A stretch of DNA of 64,000 nucleotides. Source: a virus. A model generated the notes under the pieces. It searched no databases. It saw only the letters and a program-made list of their open reading frames with translations, and was not told the origin of the DNA. Shown one piece after another: positions 30,295-39,907 of this stretch; position 1 is the stretch's first letter; each line of letters starts with the position of its first letter. Both the position numbers and the translations under genes were made by a program. Location of the stretch: IMG/VR virus record IMGVR_UViG_3300038393_001401, one strand, 5' to 3'.

Positions 30295-31980
30295 ATGGTA
30301 CACGCTTATGAATTAGGATATGTTGAACCCCAGTTAAAGATTAAGATAAAAAAACTAGAGGTATCATCCAGCTTCCAAAAAACACTTCATACTGAATGCG
30401 GCAACAAACGCGAGCTAAACCCATTCTACAATCTATTCTATGAGTATCAGGTTATGGATAGGATTGTTCGTGCACACGCAACTCCGGTGGATAAGGACGG
30501 GAAGTTAATGTATTCCCACATGGACTTTAAGCTGCAAGATAACGGATTGGTTAGTTTCATACCAAATGAAAAGGGTTTCGGTAATGGTGAAAACCTATAT
30601 AACTCAAGGTTGCGGCAGACAATGAAGCCTGGAAAGTTTATCAGATCATTCTTTCATGAGGTATTGCTTCAAAGGCATCGGATTGGAGACAAGGAAATTG
30701 AAATGTTCTCTGCGTTCGTAAAGGGTTTGTTTAATATGGAAGATTTCGAGTTGGTTGTTATATCAGGTAACGATATTAAGTGGGCATACTTGGAATCAAA
30801 CTATATTAACGTAGCTATGTCTGGTGAAAATGCATCATCTAGTTTAACTGGAAGCTGCATGCGTCACCCTAAATGCCAGGATTGGTTAGGGCTATATACA
30901 GATAATGAGAGGGTGAAAATGCTCGTATTAAAACATAAACCAACTGGTAAGTGTGCCGCTCGTGCTATACTATGGCATGATATAAAGTTCGTGCCAAAAG
31001 ATGGTGTTGATCATGAAACAAGACAGATCAATTTAATTGATCGTGTGTACGCATATCGCGAATGGATGATTCCACTGATGTTGGACTGGGGAAGTAATAA
31101 CGGTTACTGGAAGAAGCAACTACAGTCCATTAACAGTAAAGAATATTTTTTCACACCAGATGGTCTTTCTCGTATGGGTAACCTGGAATTAAAGATTGAG
31201 GCTCCGCTTCGGTTCTATCCATATATGGATACATTTACTTATCTAAAAAGCGATAAAGTAACTTTCTCGAATCGCTCTACTGGACATGCGTTTGAGTTAA
31301 CTCAGTACCAAACAGGTAACGCACATGTAAACCCAGATACAACAAAGTTATGCTCTTGCTGTGGTAATCGTTTTGAGGCAGCTAATATGACCGCGATTTC
31401 TGGATCGCTAGTTTGCAACACATGCCGTGATGAATACTATGTTCGATCCAATTGGTATGGTCGTTACATTTTAAAACGAGATGCTGTATATCTTGACGAC
31501 TATAATGAATGGTTCCTTTTAGATGACACATACACAGACGAACTAACCGGAAACAAAATACCCGCATCGGATGCAGCTGAATGTTTGAATCATGAAAATA
31601 GATTTACCTGGACACGCACTAGGAACGTTGTATGGGCCGATGGCGATTATTATCTCACCGGACACCCGGACATCTTCTTAATTGGCGGGGTATGGATACA
31701 CAAGAGGAATACATTTGTATGTGCTCACGACGGTGAAAGATATTCGTTTAGTGATGCATTCTTTGTACCACACACAGGAGTAGATGTTAAAACAAGCAAC
31801 TTAACCGCTTACCTGGCAGCCAATGCCCTTCAGGTAGAAATGTCAACCGGAAATATAGTTCCAATTGAGACGCCTGTACTTGAAGAAGTAGCAACTGAAT
31901 CCACACCAACAGTAGAGGCGAACCACACTCCTACCCGCAGACGTGACTCTCGCGGTCGCTTCGCAACAGCAGAAATTTAA
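30295..31980 (+). CDS. hypothetical 561-aa protein with C-terminal zinc-ribbon-like Cys cluster
   Basis: CSCCGN...CNTCRD cluster. Motif ATATTACAAAC 38 nt upstream. Confidence 0.45.
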   Translation: MVHAYELGYVEPQLKIKIKKLEVSSSFQKTLHTECGNKRELNPFYNLFYEYQVMDRIVRAHATPVDKDGKLMYSHMDFKLQDNGLVSFIPNEKGFGNGENLYNSRLRQTMKPGKFIRSFFHEVLLQRHRIGDKEIEMFSAFVKGLFNMEDFELVVISGNDIKWAYLESNYINVAMSGENASSSLTGSCMRHPKCQDWLGLYTDNERVKMLVLKHKPTGKCAARAILWHDIKFVPKDGVDHETRQINLIDRVYAYREWMIPLMLDWGSNNGYWKKQLQSINSKEYFFTPDGLSRMGNLELKIEAPLRFYPYMDTFTYLKSDKVTFSNRSTGHAFELTQYQTGNAHVNPDTTKLCSCCGNRFEAANMTAISGSLVCNTCRDEYYVRSNWYGRYILKRDAVYLDDYNEWFLLDDTYTDELTGNKIPASDAAECLNHENRFTWTRTRNVVWADGDYYLTGHPDIFLIGGVWIHKRNTFVCAHDGERYSFSDAFFVPHTGVDVKTSNLTAYLAANALQVEMSTGNIVPIETPVLEEVATESTPTVEANHTPTRRRDSRGRFATAEI

Positions 31981-32018
31981 ATTATACCAACTGTTCACAT
32001 ATTACAAATTATTACATC

Positions 32019-33608
32019 ATGTTTGACAAAAGCAGATTAAAGGCTGTCCTATCTATTCAATCGAAATCGAATAATGAAGGACAAATGATTGAGTTTCTAA
32101 CCAAGGAACTTAATAAACTCGTTAAGACCATGAAACTGGCTATCGGTTTGGATGAGTATAAAAACATTTACATCCAGAAAGGTAAGGCTGATGTCTACCC
32201 ATGTTTAGTAGCACACACTGACACAGTGCATGATATCCGAAAGGGTTTCAAGGTAATGGATGTGGACGGTGTATTCTTTGCCTGGGATAATGTCAAGCAT
32301 GAGCAGGCCGGTGTAGGTGGAGACGATAAGGTTGGGATATACATGTGCTTACAAGCATTGGTTGACCTGCCAGCGGTGAAGGTCGTGTTCTTCCGTAATG
32401 AAGAAGTTGGTTGCCTCGGTAGCAAGGAAGCGCATATGCCATTCTTTGAGGATGTCGCATTTGTGCTACAGGCTGACCGTAAGGGTAGCTCAGACTTTAT
32501 TAATTACTCAAACGGGGTTGACCTGTTCGATAAGGAATTTAAAGACGCGGCTACTCCAATACTTGATAAGTATGGTTATAAGATATGTAACGGGATTTCT
32601 ACAGATGTTGGTCAGCTAAAGAAAAACAAACTTCCAGTTGCATGTGCAAACGTATCATGCGGGTATTATGAAGCCCATACCTCAAGAGAGTATGTGATAC
32701 AGTCGGAGGTTGAGAACTGCTATAACTTATTCATTGACTTGTTTGCTCAGCTTGGTGACCAAAGATGGTTGCACGAGTTGAGGGTTTCAACACCCACATA
32801 CCATAACACTGGTCATAGCTACGGTTATAACAGCTACGGTAATAACCAATACCGAGGTAAAAAATGGGGGGAGCACAGTAGCTACAAAAATCTTGAACAT
32901 CGTGTTATCGGTGGTAAGGATTATTACATAGGTGAAAGTGGGTATTGGGTAGACCACGAGTACCATTCATTCACAACACACGATGATCCTCGTGAACAAT
33001 CCAGTTCTACCAGGTCGAAAAAGGAAGTGATCGATGGTGAGGTCTATGAATTTAGTCAATTCGGTTACTGGAAGGGTAGTAAATTCTATCTGTTCTCTGA
33101 ACATCCAGACCCTCGCAAACGAAAAGATTATAACCCAATGAATGAGTCTGACGATTTGGGGTTTAAAAAAAAAGAATCGACTGTCAAAGAAACAACGACG
33201 GGAACTATATCAAAGTCAAGCGAAGGGCCAGAAGACTTTGACGAATGGGAAATGCAACAAGCGCAAACATCGGAACTAAGGGCAGATAGATACAGGCTAT
33301 GTAAAGAGCGCCAGGAATTAGGGTATCGATTACAGGCTGTGTGTCCAAGGTGTGATCACAATTCTGATTTCTGGGATAACATGTACGGAGAGGTAATGTG
33401 TGATGTTTGCTACGAAACGGTGAACATAAAGGATATTGATTCTTATGTCGATTATAAAGAAGAAGTTGATCAATACGAGAAGTTGTACGGTGAGCCTGTA
33501 CCAGAAGAATATAAGTCAAATTACTGGTGCTCATGCCGTAAGACGTGTCTACCAAAAGGCACATTCTATAGAGAGTGCATCACATGTACTGGTGAAGTGA
33601 ATACATAA
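32019..33608 (+). CDS. MH-clan (M20/M28/M42-like) di-zinc metallopeptidase homolog fused to C-terminal CxxC zinc ribbons
   Basis: N-terminal domain has VAHTDTVHD, GVGGDDKVG and NEEVGCLGS. The C-terminus carries CPRCDH...CDVC and CSCRKTC...CITC. Confidence 0.5.
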   Translation: MFDKSRLKAVLSIQSKSNNEGQMIEFLTKELNKLVKTMKLAIGLDEYKNIYIQKGKADVYPCLVAHTDTVHDIRKGFKVMDVDGVFFAWDNVKHEQAGVGGDDKVGIYMCLQALVDLPAVKVVFFRNEEVGCLGSKEAHMPFFEDVAFVLQADRKGSSDFINYSNGVDLFDKEFKDAATPILDKYGYKICNGISTDVGQLKKNKLPVACANVSCGYYEAHTSREYVIQSEVENCYNLFIDLFAQLGDQRWLHELRVSTPTYHNTGHSYGYNSYGNNQYRGKKWGEHSSYKNLEHRVIGGKDYYIGESGYWVDHEYHSFTTHDDPREQSSSTRSKKEVIDGEVYEFSQFGYWKGSKFYLFSEHPDPRKRKDYNPMNESDDLGFKKKESTVKETTTGTISKSSEGPEDFDEWEMQQAQTSELRADRYRLCKERQELGYRLQAVCPRCDHNSDFWDNMYGEVMCDVCYETVNIKDIDSYVDYKEEVDQYEKLYGEPVPEEYKSNYWCSCRKTCLPKGTFYRECITCTGEVNT

Positions 33609-33673
33609 GGACTTTCGGGTACTATCATATATTATAAAACAATTAATTAATTCAAAATTCAAACAGGAAAATT

Positions 33674-33967
33674 ATGTCAAAAACACGGTTATTCGACAAA
33701 ATCGTTAAGGATTCAGATGGAGCAAAAAAAGATTTAAATGTAAAGCTTCAAGAACGTTCTATCAAACGGGAGTTCCAGGCTGCATCAGATGACCTTGACG
33801 CCCAAACAGACGCGGCGCAGATCAAGTACAACAATCATCTGTCTAACTTAGACGGCTTTGATGTAAACAGCATCATCAAACAAAAACAGTTCATTAAGGA
33901 TGCAGATGCTACCAAAGTATTACTGCAGGATGCTTACAAAGACCTTTTCTCAGAAGATCTTGCGTAA
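33674..33967 (+). CDS. small helical acidic protein, paralog of 28895..29212
   Basis: Recognisable similarity to the ORF at 28895 along the full length. Also followed by a tRNA-like gene. Confidence 0.5.
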   Translation: MSKTRLFDKIVKDSDGAKKDLNVKLQERSIKREFQAASDDLDAQTDAAQIKYNNHLSNLDGFDVNSIIKQKQFIKDADATKVLLQDAYKDLFSEDLA

Positions 33968-33993
33968 GGCATTTTAACCCGAACAGTTAGGGT

Positions 33994-34079
33994 TGTGGGG
34001 TGTAACGTAATGACGGAATGGTAGCGTCATCCACCTAAAAAGGGTTGTTCTCGATGCCGGTTCGATCCCGGCCCCCACA
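33994..34079 (+). tRNA. tRNA-like gene, non-canonical (about 85 nt; D-arm offset by 9 nt)
   Basis: Acceptor TGTGGGG/CCCCACA, T-arm GCCGG-TTCGATC-CCGGC, D-like hairpin TGACG-GAATGGTAG-CGTCA. I could not assign the anticodon. Confidence 0.4.
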
Positions 34080-34096
34080 GCAAATCAAATCACATC

Positions 34097-34312
34097 ATGC
34101 AAGATTTATTTAAAGCTATCAAAATAGGATGGCATGTGTTCTTATGGACCTTGGCGATTGTTGTATACGGATTCGCTATTGATATATCCCTGGCACTGCT
34201 ATCCCTTAAAAGTACTTTCGGCAATGTCGTCGGCTTTCTGCTCGGCGTATTTCTGATTGGTGTTCCTATTATTTATTTAATCATTAAACTCAAAAGCAAA
34301 AACAAACAATGA
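34097..34312 (+). CDS. small two-TM membrane protein, translationally coupled to the SPFH gene
   Basis: 71 aa with two hydrophobic helices. Its stop overlaps the ATG of the next ORF (ATGA). Confidence 0.45.
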   Translation: MQDLFKAIKIGWHVFLWTLAIVVYGFAIDISLALLSLKSTFGNVVGFLLGVFLIGVPIIYLIIKLKSKNKQ

Positions 34313-35175
34313 AAAAACTGTTTCCCGCAATCTTAGTTATTGCGCTTGCGTTCGCTATTCAAAGCTGTACGCGGGTATCCCCTACCGAAGTGGGTTTTAA
34401 AATCAGCAACTCAGGCGACTATCGTGGCATAGATTCACTACCACTGGTTACCGGCTACCAATTATATTTCCCATTCACAACAAGTATTGTTACAATGCCA
34501 ACCACACAGCAGCACGTTGTTTGGAGTGAGTCAGAAGATGAAGGCTCTAAGCCTAATCAGGAGATCACTATATCATGTAAAGGTGGTGCTGGATTTAAGG
34601 TTGATGTCGGTGTAAACTATCGGGTTGACGCTAATAAAGCCTCTAAGATTTACCTTAAATATAAAACAGACGACCTCGAAAACATAACAAATACATACTT
34701 AAGAAACGTAGTCCGTGGATCAATGCAGGATGTCAGTGGGTTGCTAACTGTCGATAGTGTACTTAATAACCTACCCGGATATGAACATGCTGTTCGCGAT
34801 ACAATACGCAAACGATTTGCAGTCCAGGGTTTTATACTCGACAATTTCAGTATACTTAAACAACCGGACCCGACAGACCAGAGTCTAAAGAACTCTATAG
34901 CAAATAAAATAAAAGCGAAACAGGATGCTGAAACCGCAAAGACACAATTGCAAAGTTCTGTGGCTGAGGCAAACAAGCGCGTTGCAGAAGCGAAGGGTGA
35001 TAGCGCGGCCAGGATTATCCGAGCGTCCGGTGAAGCCGAGGCTGTCAAGAAACTGCAGCAGGTGTTAACGCCAACCTATGTTGACTATATCAAGTGGTCA
35101 AAGGCTGATGGTAATGTAGCCCGTGTTCCTCAAACAGTAACCGGAAGCGGTACACTGTATAGTATAAGTAAGTAA
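34309..35175 (+). CDS. SPFH/band-7 (prohibitin/HflC-like) lipoprotein
   Basis: Lipobox LAFAIQSC, then a 'VGFKISNSG...' beta-rich segment followed by a long AEA/K-rich coiled coil, typical of the stomatin/HflK/C family. Confidence 0.55.
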   Translation: MKKLFPAILVIALAFAIQSCTRVSPTEVGFKISNSGDYRGIDSLPLVTGYQLYFPFTTSIVTMPTTQQHVVWSESEDEGSKPNQEITISCKGGAGFKVDVGVNYRVDANKASKIYLKYKTDDLENITNTYLRNVVRGSMQDVSGLLTVDSVLNNLPGYEHAVRDTIRKRFAVQGFILDNFSILKQPDPTDQSLKNSIANKIKAKQDAETAKTQLQSSVAEANKRVAEAKGDSAARIIRASGEAEAVKKLQQVLTPTYVDYIKWSKADGNVARVPQTVTGSGTLYSISK

Positions 35176-35187
35176 TTAAAGAAGGTG

Positions 35188-35261
35188 TAGTACGTAGCTC
35201 AGTTGGTTAGAGTGGAGGCGGCATTACCTCCGGGTCGGACGTTCGAGTCGTCCCGTACTAG
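35188..35261 (+). tRNA. tRNA (anticodon uncertain; possibly CAT, or an 8-nt anticodon loop)
   Basis: Acceptor TAGTACG/CGTACTA, D-arm GCTC-AGTTGGTTA-GAGT, anticodon stem GGAGG/CCTCC with loop CGGCATTA, T-arm GGACG-TTCGAGT-CGTCC. Confidence 0.55.
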
Positions 35262-35275
35262 CAAAAGATAATAAG

Positions 35276-35710
35276 ATGGCAGATAAACACGATATTCAAC
35301 ACTCAATACTAGAGTTGCAAGCAAAGAGATCTAAGCTTGGTGTAAAGAAGCAGCACATCCAAGGCGAGATTAATAAGATAAGGGAAATGCTAAAGTATAT
35401 CGAACAAGGACACGATACCTTTAACGACCTTGTAGCGAAAAAGAATACCTTGGTATCCGATGGTCATGAAATAGATACAGAAATAGCAGACCTCAAGTCG
35501 CAGATAAAGAAACGCCAGTTGTTAAGGGAGGAAGTATCCGCGATTGAACAGCCAAAGGCTATGATGCTTGAGGCTGAACTAACGGTATTGAGAGACTATT
35601 ATCTAAGTTTCGCGGGTGACAAAACAAGGGTTGCAAGTATGAGGGCAATGTCCGCAGAGTTTGCAGGCGCACTAACTACTATCATTAAAAAAACAAAAAT
35701 AGCGGCATGA
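35276..35710 (+). CDS. coiled-coil protein
   Basis: 144 aa with a heptad-rich charged sequence. Confidence 0.4.
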   Translation: MADKHDIQHSILELQAKRSKLGVKKQHIQGEINKIREMLKYIEQGHDTFNDLVAKKNTLVSDGHEIDTEIADLKSQIKKRQLLREEVSAIEQPKAMMLEAELTVLRDYYLSFAGDKTRVASMRAMSAEFAGALTTIIKKTKIAA

Positions 35711-35892
35711 GGCCATATGGAATAGAAAGTACAGTCTACGGTTGTTGCCCAGGTCACGATCCGTATCCACGAGAAACATATTCAAATAAACCGAGGCTTC
35801 GCAAATTAAAACGGCGAACAGATATTCTACTTCATCGGAGAGGTCGTACAATTGGCAAAAAGATAATAAAAGATCAACTAAACGATAATTAA
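35707..35892 (+). CDS. small basic protein
   Basis: 61 aa. Start overlaps the previous stop (ATGA). R/K-rich. Confidence 0.3.
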   Translation: MRPYGIESTVYGCCPGHDPYPRETYSNKPRLRKLKRRTDILLHRRGRTIGKKIIKDQLNDN

Positions 35893-36336
35893 AATAAAAG
35901 CGTTGGCGCTCGTTACCGCTCTATACTCTGTCAATTCAGATCAGTACTAATACATCATCGCAGGACGAAACCTGTCTGTGATAAAAAATTCACGCGCCAG
36001 AGAATTGCAATCAAAACCAGGCTATAAAAATAAGACACAAACTGGACAAGCCTAAACAAGAATGATGTAAAACTACAGTGGACGACTTCCAAGTCCCGTG
36101 ATTGAAGATTGATTCATGCACCAGGAAAGTGCGCAGAGTGTCCTAAAACAACATGTGTGTCAGGTAGGTCAGACAAGCCAATCGTGGGCGTAAGTGTCCC
36201 TGAAAAACCTGAGTAAATGGTACGCGAAATTCTACCGGTTGTTTTTTAAAAATCATTTGCACAGAGGACGTGAAGTCCGGAGACACACGTAGTGTCCTGT
36301 GCTTTTGTAAATGCTACAGTGCCTTTGTAGCTAATT

Positions 36337-36413
36337 GTGGGGTCGAATGATCTACGGCAGTTCGCGCCTGGGGGGTTCCGGGCGAGGCGGGTGTTCAAAT
36401 CACCTTCCCACAA
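36337..36413 (+). ncRNA. tRNA-like element (degenerate)
   Basis: TGTGGGG ... GGGTG-TTCAAAT-CACCT-TCCCACA. Acceptor and T-arm are present but the D and anticodon arms are not canonical. Confidence 0.2.
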
Positions 36414-36983
36414 CAAGGGTTGTAACGTCACTATACAGAAGATATCCCTTTAAAAGTCTGAGGTGTATAGACCGTGTTCATTGGTCTGGGTTTGTAAGAT
36501 CATGATGGACGTGTAATGTCGCTCATAACAAGTAGTCCTGATAACTAAAATTTATGAGACGGTTGTTTGTAGGACTTCCCGCAATAGCACCTACCTGTAT
36601 TACAGTAATCAGTTACCTTCTGTATAGTGGAGCAAAACTATAGGTGTATGAAAATCCATCTCCGAAAAAACTGGAAATAATTGCAACCGCTCGATCTACG
36701 GACTTGGCTAGTAGACGTTATTGAATCGAAATCAATCAAGTTGTTGGTCTTTAGGTAGAAGAACCATCCGTTTTATGCAACACGTTAATGCATGACCTGT
36801 CGGTGGTATATGGTGAACCGACTATCTGGTGGTGAAGTGAAGAACCACACATAGTTTTTCATGATTTTTTTGCGAGGCTGAAAAATTCATTTCTCGGGGT
36901 AGCCCGAACTGTCGCATAGCTTAGATGGATAGAGCGGAGTACCAAGGTACTCAGGAGAAGGATCGTAGGCCTTCTGCGGGAGC

Positions 36984-37244
36984 ATGAAAAAACTCATTCT
37001 TATTCCATTGCTATTATTATTTAGCTGTGGAAACTGGGATTTACAATCCAACACAATCAAACAAACAACCGGCGTGGTATTGAAAAAGGAACAGACTTGT
37101 TATCGTGGTTGCAATTATAGGATTTACCTTTTTGATGGAGAATCAGCTAGCTGGTTAGACTGCGACGAGGAAACATTCCATAATTTATCAGAGAGGGATT
37201 CCATTAAAATAATCCTCGTAACGAAAACATACCTCAAAAAGTAA
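36984..37244 (+). CDS. small lipoprotein
   Basis: MKKLILIPLLLLFSCGNW signal peptide with lipobox. Confidence 0.45.
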   Translation: MKKLILIPLLLLFSCGNWDLQSNTIKQTTGVVLKKEQTCYRGCNYRIYLFDGESASWLDCDEETFHNLSERDSIKIILVTKTYLKK

Positions 37245-37246
37245 TT

Positions 37247-37528
37247 ATGAAAGGCAAAAAGTACATCTTCATCGACCTATTGGTTAGGCATGGTGAATAC
37301 GAGTTTAACTGCCAGTCTGTGCATGAGGTTGGGTCAAAGGCTGATAAAGATAAGTGGGCTACCAGATACGCAAAGAACTTCTACAATACAAGCGGAGATA
37401 ACAAACCGGACGTATTTGATAACGATCCAGGTACCTTCTACTTCAACTGTATGGATGTTGCTGTGCAGGTGGATGACTACAAAGAAATAACCAAGGAAGA
37501 ATATAATATACTAAAAAGATTCTTGTAA
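37247..37528 (+). CDS. hypothetical protein
   Basis: 93-aa ORF. Confidence 0.35.
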   Translation: MKGKKYIFIDLLVRHGEYEFNCQSVHEVGSKADKDKWATRYAKNFYNTSGDNKPDVFDNDPGTFYFNCMDVAVQVDDYKEITKEEYNILKRFL

Positions 37529-37531
37529 CCT

Positions 37532-37930
37532 ATGTACGTTCGACTTTACCACGGAAGGGAAAATCCTAATGATCAAATGGATGATTGGGGTTTCAATGGA
37601 CCTATAATCGGCGAGTGTAATGTGTCATGGACTTACGGTACACTACGGTTACATGCAAGCAATGGTGATGAGGTGTGTTTGCCTATACTTGAGGATATGA
37701 TATTCTTGGACGGTTGTTACTATGGAGACTTTGAGATTCTAAGCAAGGAGGATTATGAAAAATTGTATATGGGTGCACATCTGGTACCACATAGGTTACT
37801 TCGCGTTAGTCAGCTAAGGAGTATGATCGAGAGGGACGCGGAGGAACTAAAGGCTAAAGACATAACCGCAGACCCTCAACCACAAGTACAGGCCGAAGCT
37901 GATCTTGACGACATTATTCTGCCATTTTAA
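37532..37930 (+). CDS. hypothetical protein
   Basis: 132-aa ORF. Confidence 0.35.
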   Translation: MYVRLYHGRENPNDQMDDWGFNGPIIGECNVSWTYGTLRLHASNGDEVCLPILEDMIFLDGCYYGDFEILSKEDYEKLYMGAHLVPHRLLRVSQLRSMIERDAEELKAKDITADPQPQVQAEADLDDIILPF

Positions 37931-37946
37931 ATAACCAAATCATTTT

Positions 37947-38261
37947 ATGGAAAAGAAGCTGATACTCGTTCTTATCGTGTGGGGAGGGTCACGGTATCGC
38001 ACCGGTGTGTTCTCTACAGAGAAGAAAGCCAAGCTGTTTCTATTGAGTGAATTAAAAGATGCAATGGTTTGGGTATCCGCGATAGACGATGGCCTGGATC
38101 AACACTACATCAAAGAACCAATCATATCTCACGTCGATTTTTCAGATGCATTAAAGCACGTGTCTGATCGCATCGATAAACTACTACAGAGTAATATCGT
38201 GCATGACTACGAGGTAATGATCGCAGATATTACACCAAACGAACCAATTCAAATAAAGTAA
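37947..38261 (+). CDS. hypothetical protein
   Basis: 104-aa ORF. Confidence 0.35.
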   Translation: MEKKLILVLIVWGGSRYRTGVFSTEKKAKLFLLSELKDAMVWVSAIDDGLDQHYIKEPIISHVDFSDALKHVSDRIDKLLQSNIVHDYEVMIADITPNEPIQIK

Positions 38262-38274
38262 GGTACTATCATAA

Positions 38275-38994
38275 ATGAAAACATTCATAATCGGTGACAT
38301 ACATGGCGCTAACAAAGCCCTGGAACAGTGTCTTGAAAGATCGGGCTTTGACCGCGAGCAAGACCTTCTGATCCAATTGGGTGACGTTGCTGACGGATGG
38401 TCACAGACACCTGAATGTGTGGAAACACTGCTGTCAATCCCAAACAGGATATGCATACGTGGAAACCATGATGTGTGGTGTTGGAACTGGTTCACATGGG
38501 GCCAAAAACCTATAATGTGGACAGAACAGGGTGGAAATGCAACCATCGACTCTTACATCAGTACAGGCAAACTAATAGACAAAGCCCATCGTGACTTTTG
38601 GGATAACCAGGTAGATTATTACATCGACGACGATAACAATCTATTCGTACATGCAGGATTTGATTTGACATACGGATTTGAGTGGAGTAAAACTGCAAGC
38701 GTTGGTATCCCGCGTGCATCAGAACTTCATTGGAGTAGGGACTGCGCTGAGTTCAATACGAAGTCGTGGGGTAAAAGAGCGATTGGTCACTTAGATCAAT
38801 TCAAGGAAATATTTATTGGACACACGTCACATAAAACGACAAGGTTTAATTACCCAGGAAAACACAATATCTGGAATATTGATACAGGTGCCGGTTGGAA
38901 TGGTAAGTTAACTATAATGGATGTGCATACAAAAGAATACTGGCAAAGTGATCCAACAAGCTTGCTTTATCCAGACGAAAGGGGGAGAAAATAG
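38275..38994 (+). CDS. Ser/Thr protein phosphatase (calcineurin-like metallophosphoesterase, lambda PPase-like)
   Basis: Motifs GDIHG, GDVADG and GNHD in the canonical order and spacing. Confidence 0.8.
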   Translation: MKTFIIGDIHGANKALEQCLERSGFDREQDLLIQLGDVADGWSQTPECVETLLSIPNRICIRGNHDVWCWNWFTWGQKPIMWTEQGGNATIDSYISTGKLIDKAHRDFWDNQVDYYIDDDNNLFVHAGFDLTYGFEWSKTASVGIPRASELHWSRDCAEFNTKSWGKRAIGHLDQFKEIFIGHTSHKTTRFNYPGKHNIWNIDTGAGWNGKLTIMDVHTKEYWQSDPTSLLYPDERGRK

Positions 38995-39179
38995 TGCCAG
39001 ATATATCAATGTGCGAAAATGCTTCTTGTCCAAGCAGGGGTAAATGCTATCGGTATATGGCTATACGATGTACTTGGTGGCAATCATACGCAAAATTTAA
39101 GCCAAAAGATGGTGAAGATAAATGCGACCACTTTATACAATTCAGCCCTCCAAAAACATTCGAAAACGAAGAAAAATAA
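38994..39179 (+). CDS. small Cys-rich protein
   Basis: 61 aa with CENASCPSRGKC...C...CDH. GTG start overlapping the previous stop. Confidence 0.3.
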   Translation: MPDISMCENASCPSRGKCYRYMAIRCTWWQSYAKFKPKDGEDKCDHFIQFSPPKTFENEEK

Positions 39180-39181
39180 AT

Positions 39182-39571
39182 ATGATACAAGAAATTAAAG
39201 TAGGCGTAAGCTACAAAGAGATAACGCATAAGATCATAACTGTTGACTTGCCAGAAATTGATAGGTATTATAGGAAGGGAGCCAGCGCGAACGAATATGG
39301 CAGCGAGCTATTTGCTATTCTATTGGACGGAAGACCAACATCCGGGCATTACTATCTTGTTCGTATATGCCAAAATAGCCAGGATACAACAGATTTTATT
39401 CCTATGAGTGATACTCAATCATCATATTGGGTTGATGGATCTAATGGATTAAGATCTACTGCGTTAAAAATAATGACCAATGAAGCAAGTTGGTTTAGCG
39501 AAATAACAGAAGATGAGTTTTATTCTGACAGGGAAATCTTGCTTAATAAATTCAAGACCAGAAGAATATAA
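39182..39571 (+). CDS. hypothetical protein (start trimmed to the internal Met)
   Basis: ORF 39122..39571, starting at MIQEIK to avoid a 58-nt overlap with the upstream ORF. Confidence 0.35.
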   Translation: MIQEIKVGVSYKEITHKIITVDLPEIDRYYRKGASANEYGSELFAILLDGRPTSGHYYLVRICQNSQDTTDFIPMSDTQSSYWVDGSNGLRSTALKIMTNEASWFSEITEDEFYSDREILLNKFKTRRI

Positions 39572-39907
39572 CAATACGGGCCCGATTGGAATTGACGGGA
39601 TATTAAGTGTAAGACAACAGATGGTGCAATGGTGGTATAGCATCTCAAAATGTACACCAACAAATAAATGCTAACACTAATAGTGTGAAAGCCGAGGAAC
39701 TAGGTTCTTTCACTTTCGATGATGCATTAGCCCTTATGGGTGTTGAGACTGCTGAGTTAGTCTAACAGTTTCCAACCGGTTGGGTAGGTTAAATCCCAAA
39801 ACAAGTTCCTGGACTCAAACCAGGTGGTGGAACCTCAGCTTCGGCTGACCCTTTACTGATCATGGTAACAAGATCTAAATCTGTGATAAATTGTCTTATG
39901 TGTTAGT

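Noticed and set aside
36900-36990. tRNA overlapping the lipoprotein start
   Set aside because: The D-arm-like TAGCTTAGATGGATAGAGC is present, but the anticodon loop would be 6 nt and the T-loop non-canonical. Not called.
39575-39907. Additional tRNA gene
   Set aside because: Several hairpins, but no T-loop/acceptor combination that folds into a cloverleaf. Left as an unassigned structured spacer.
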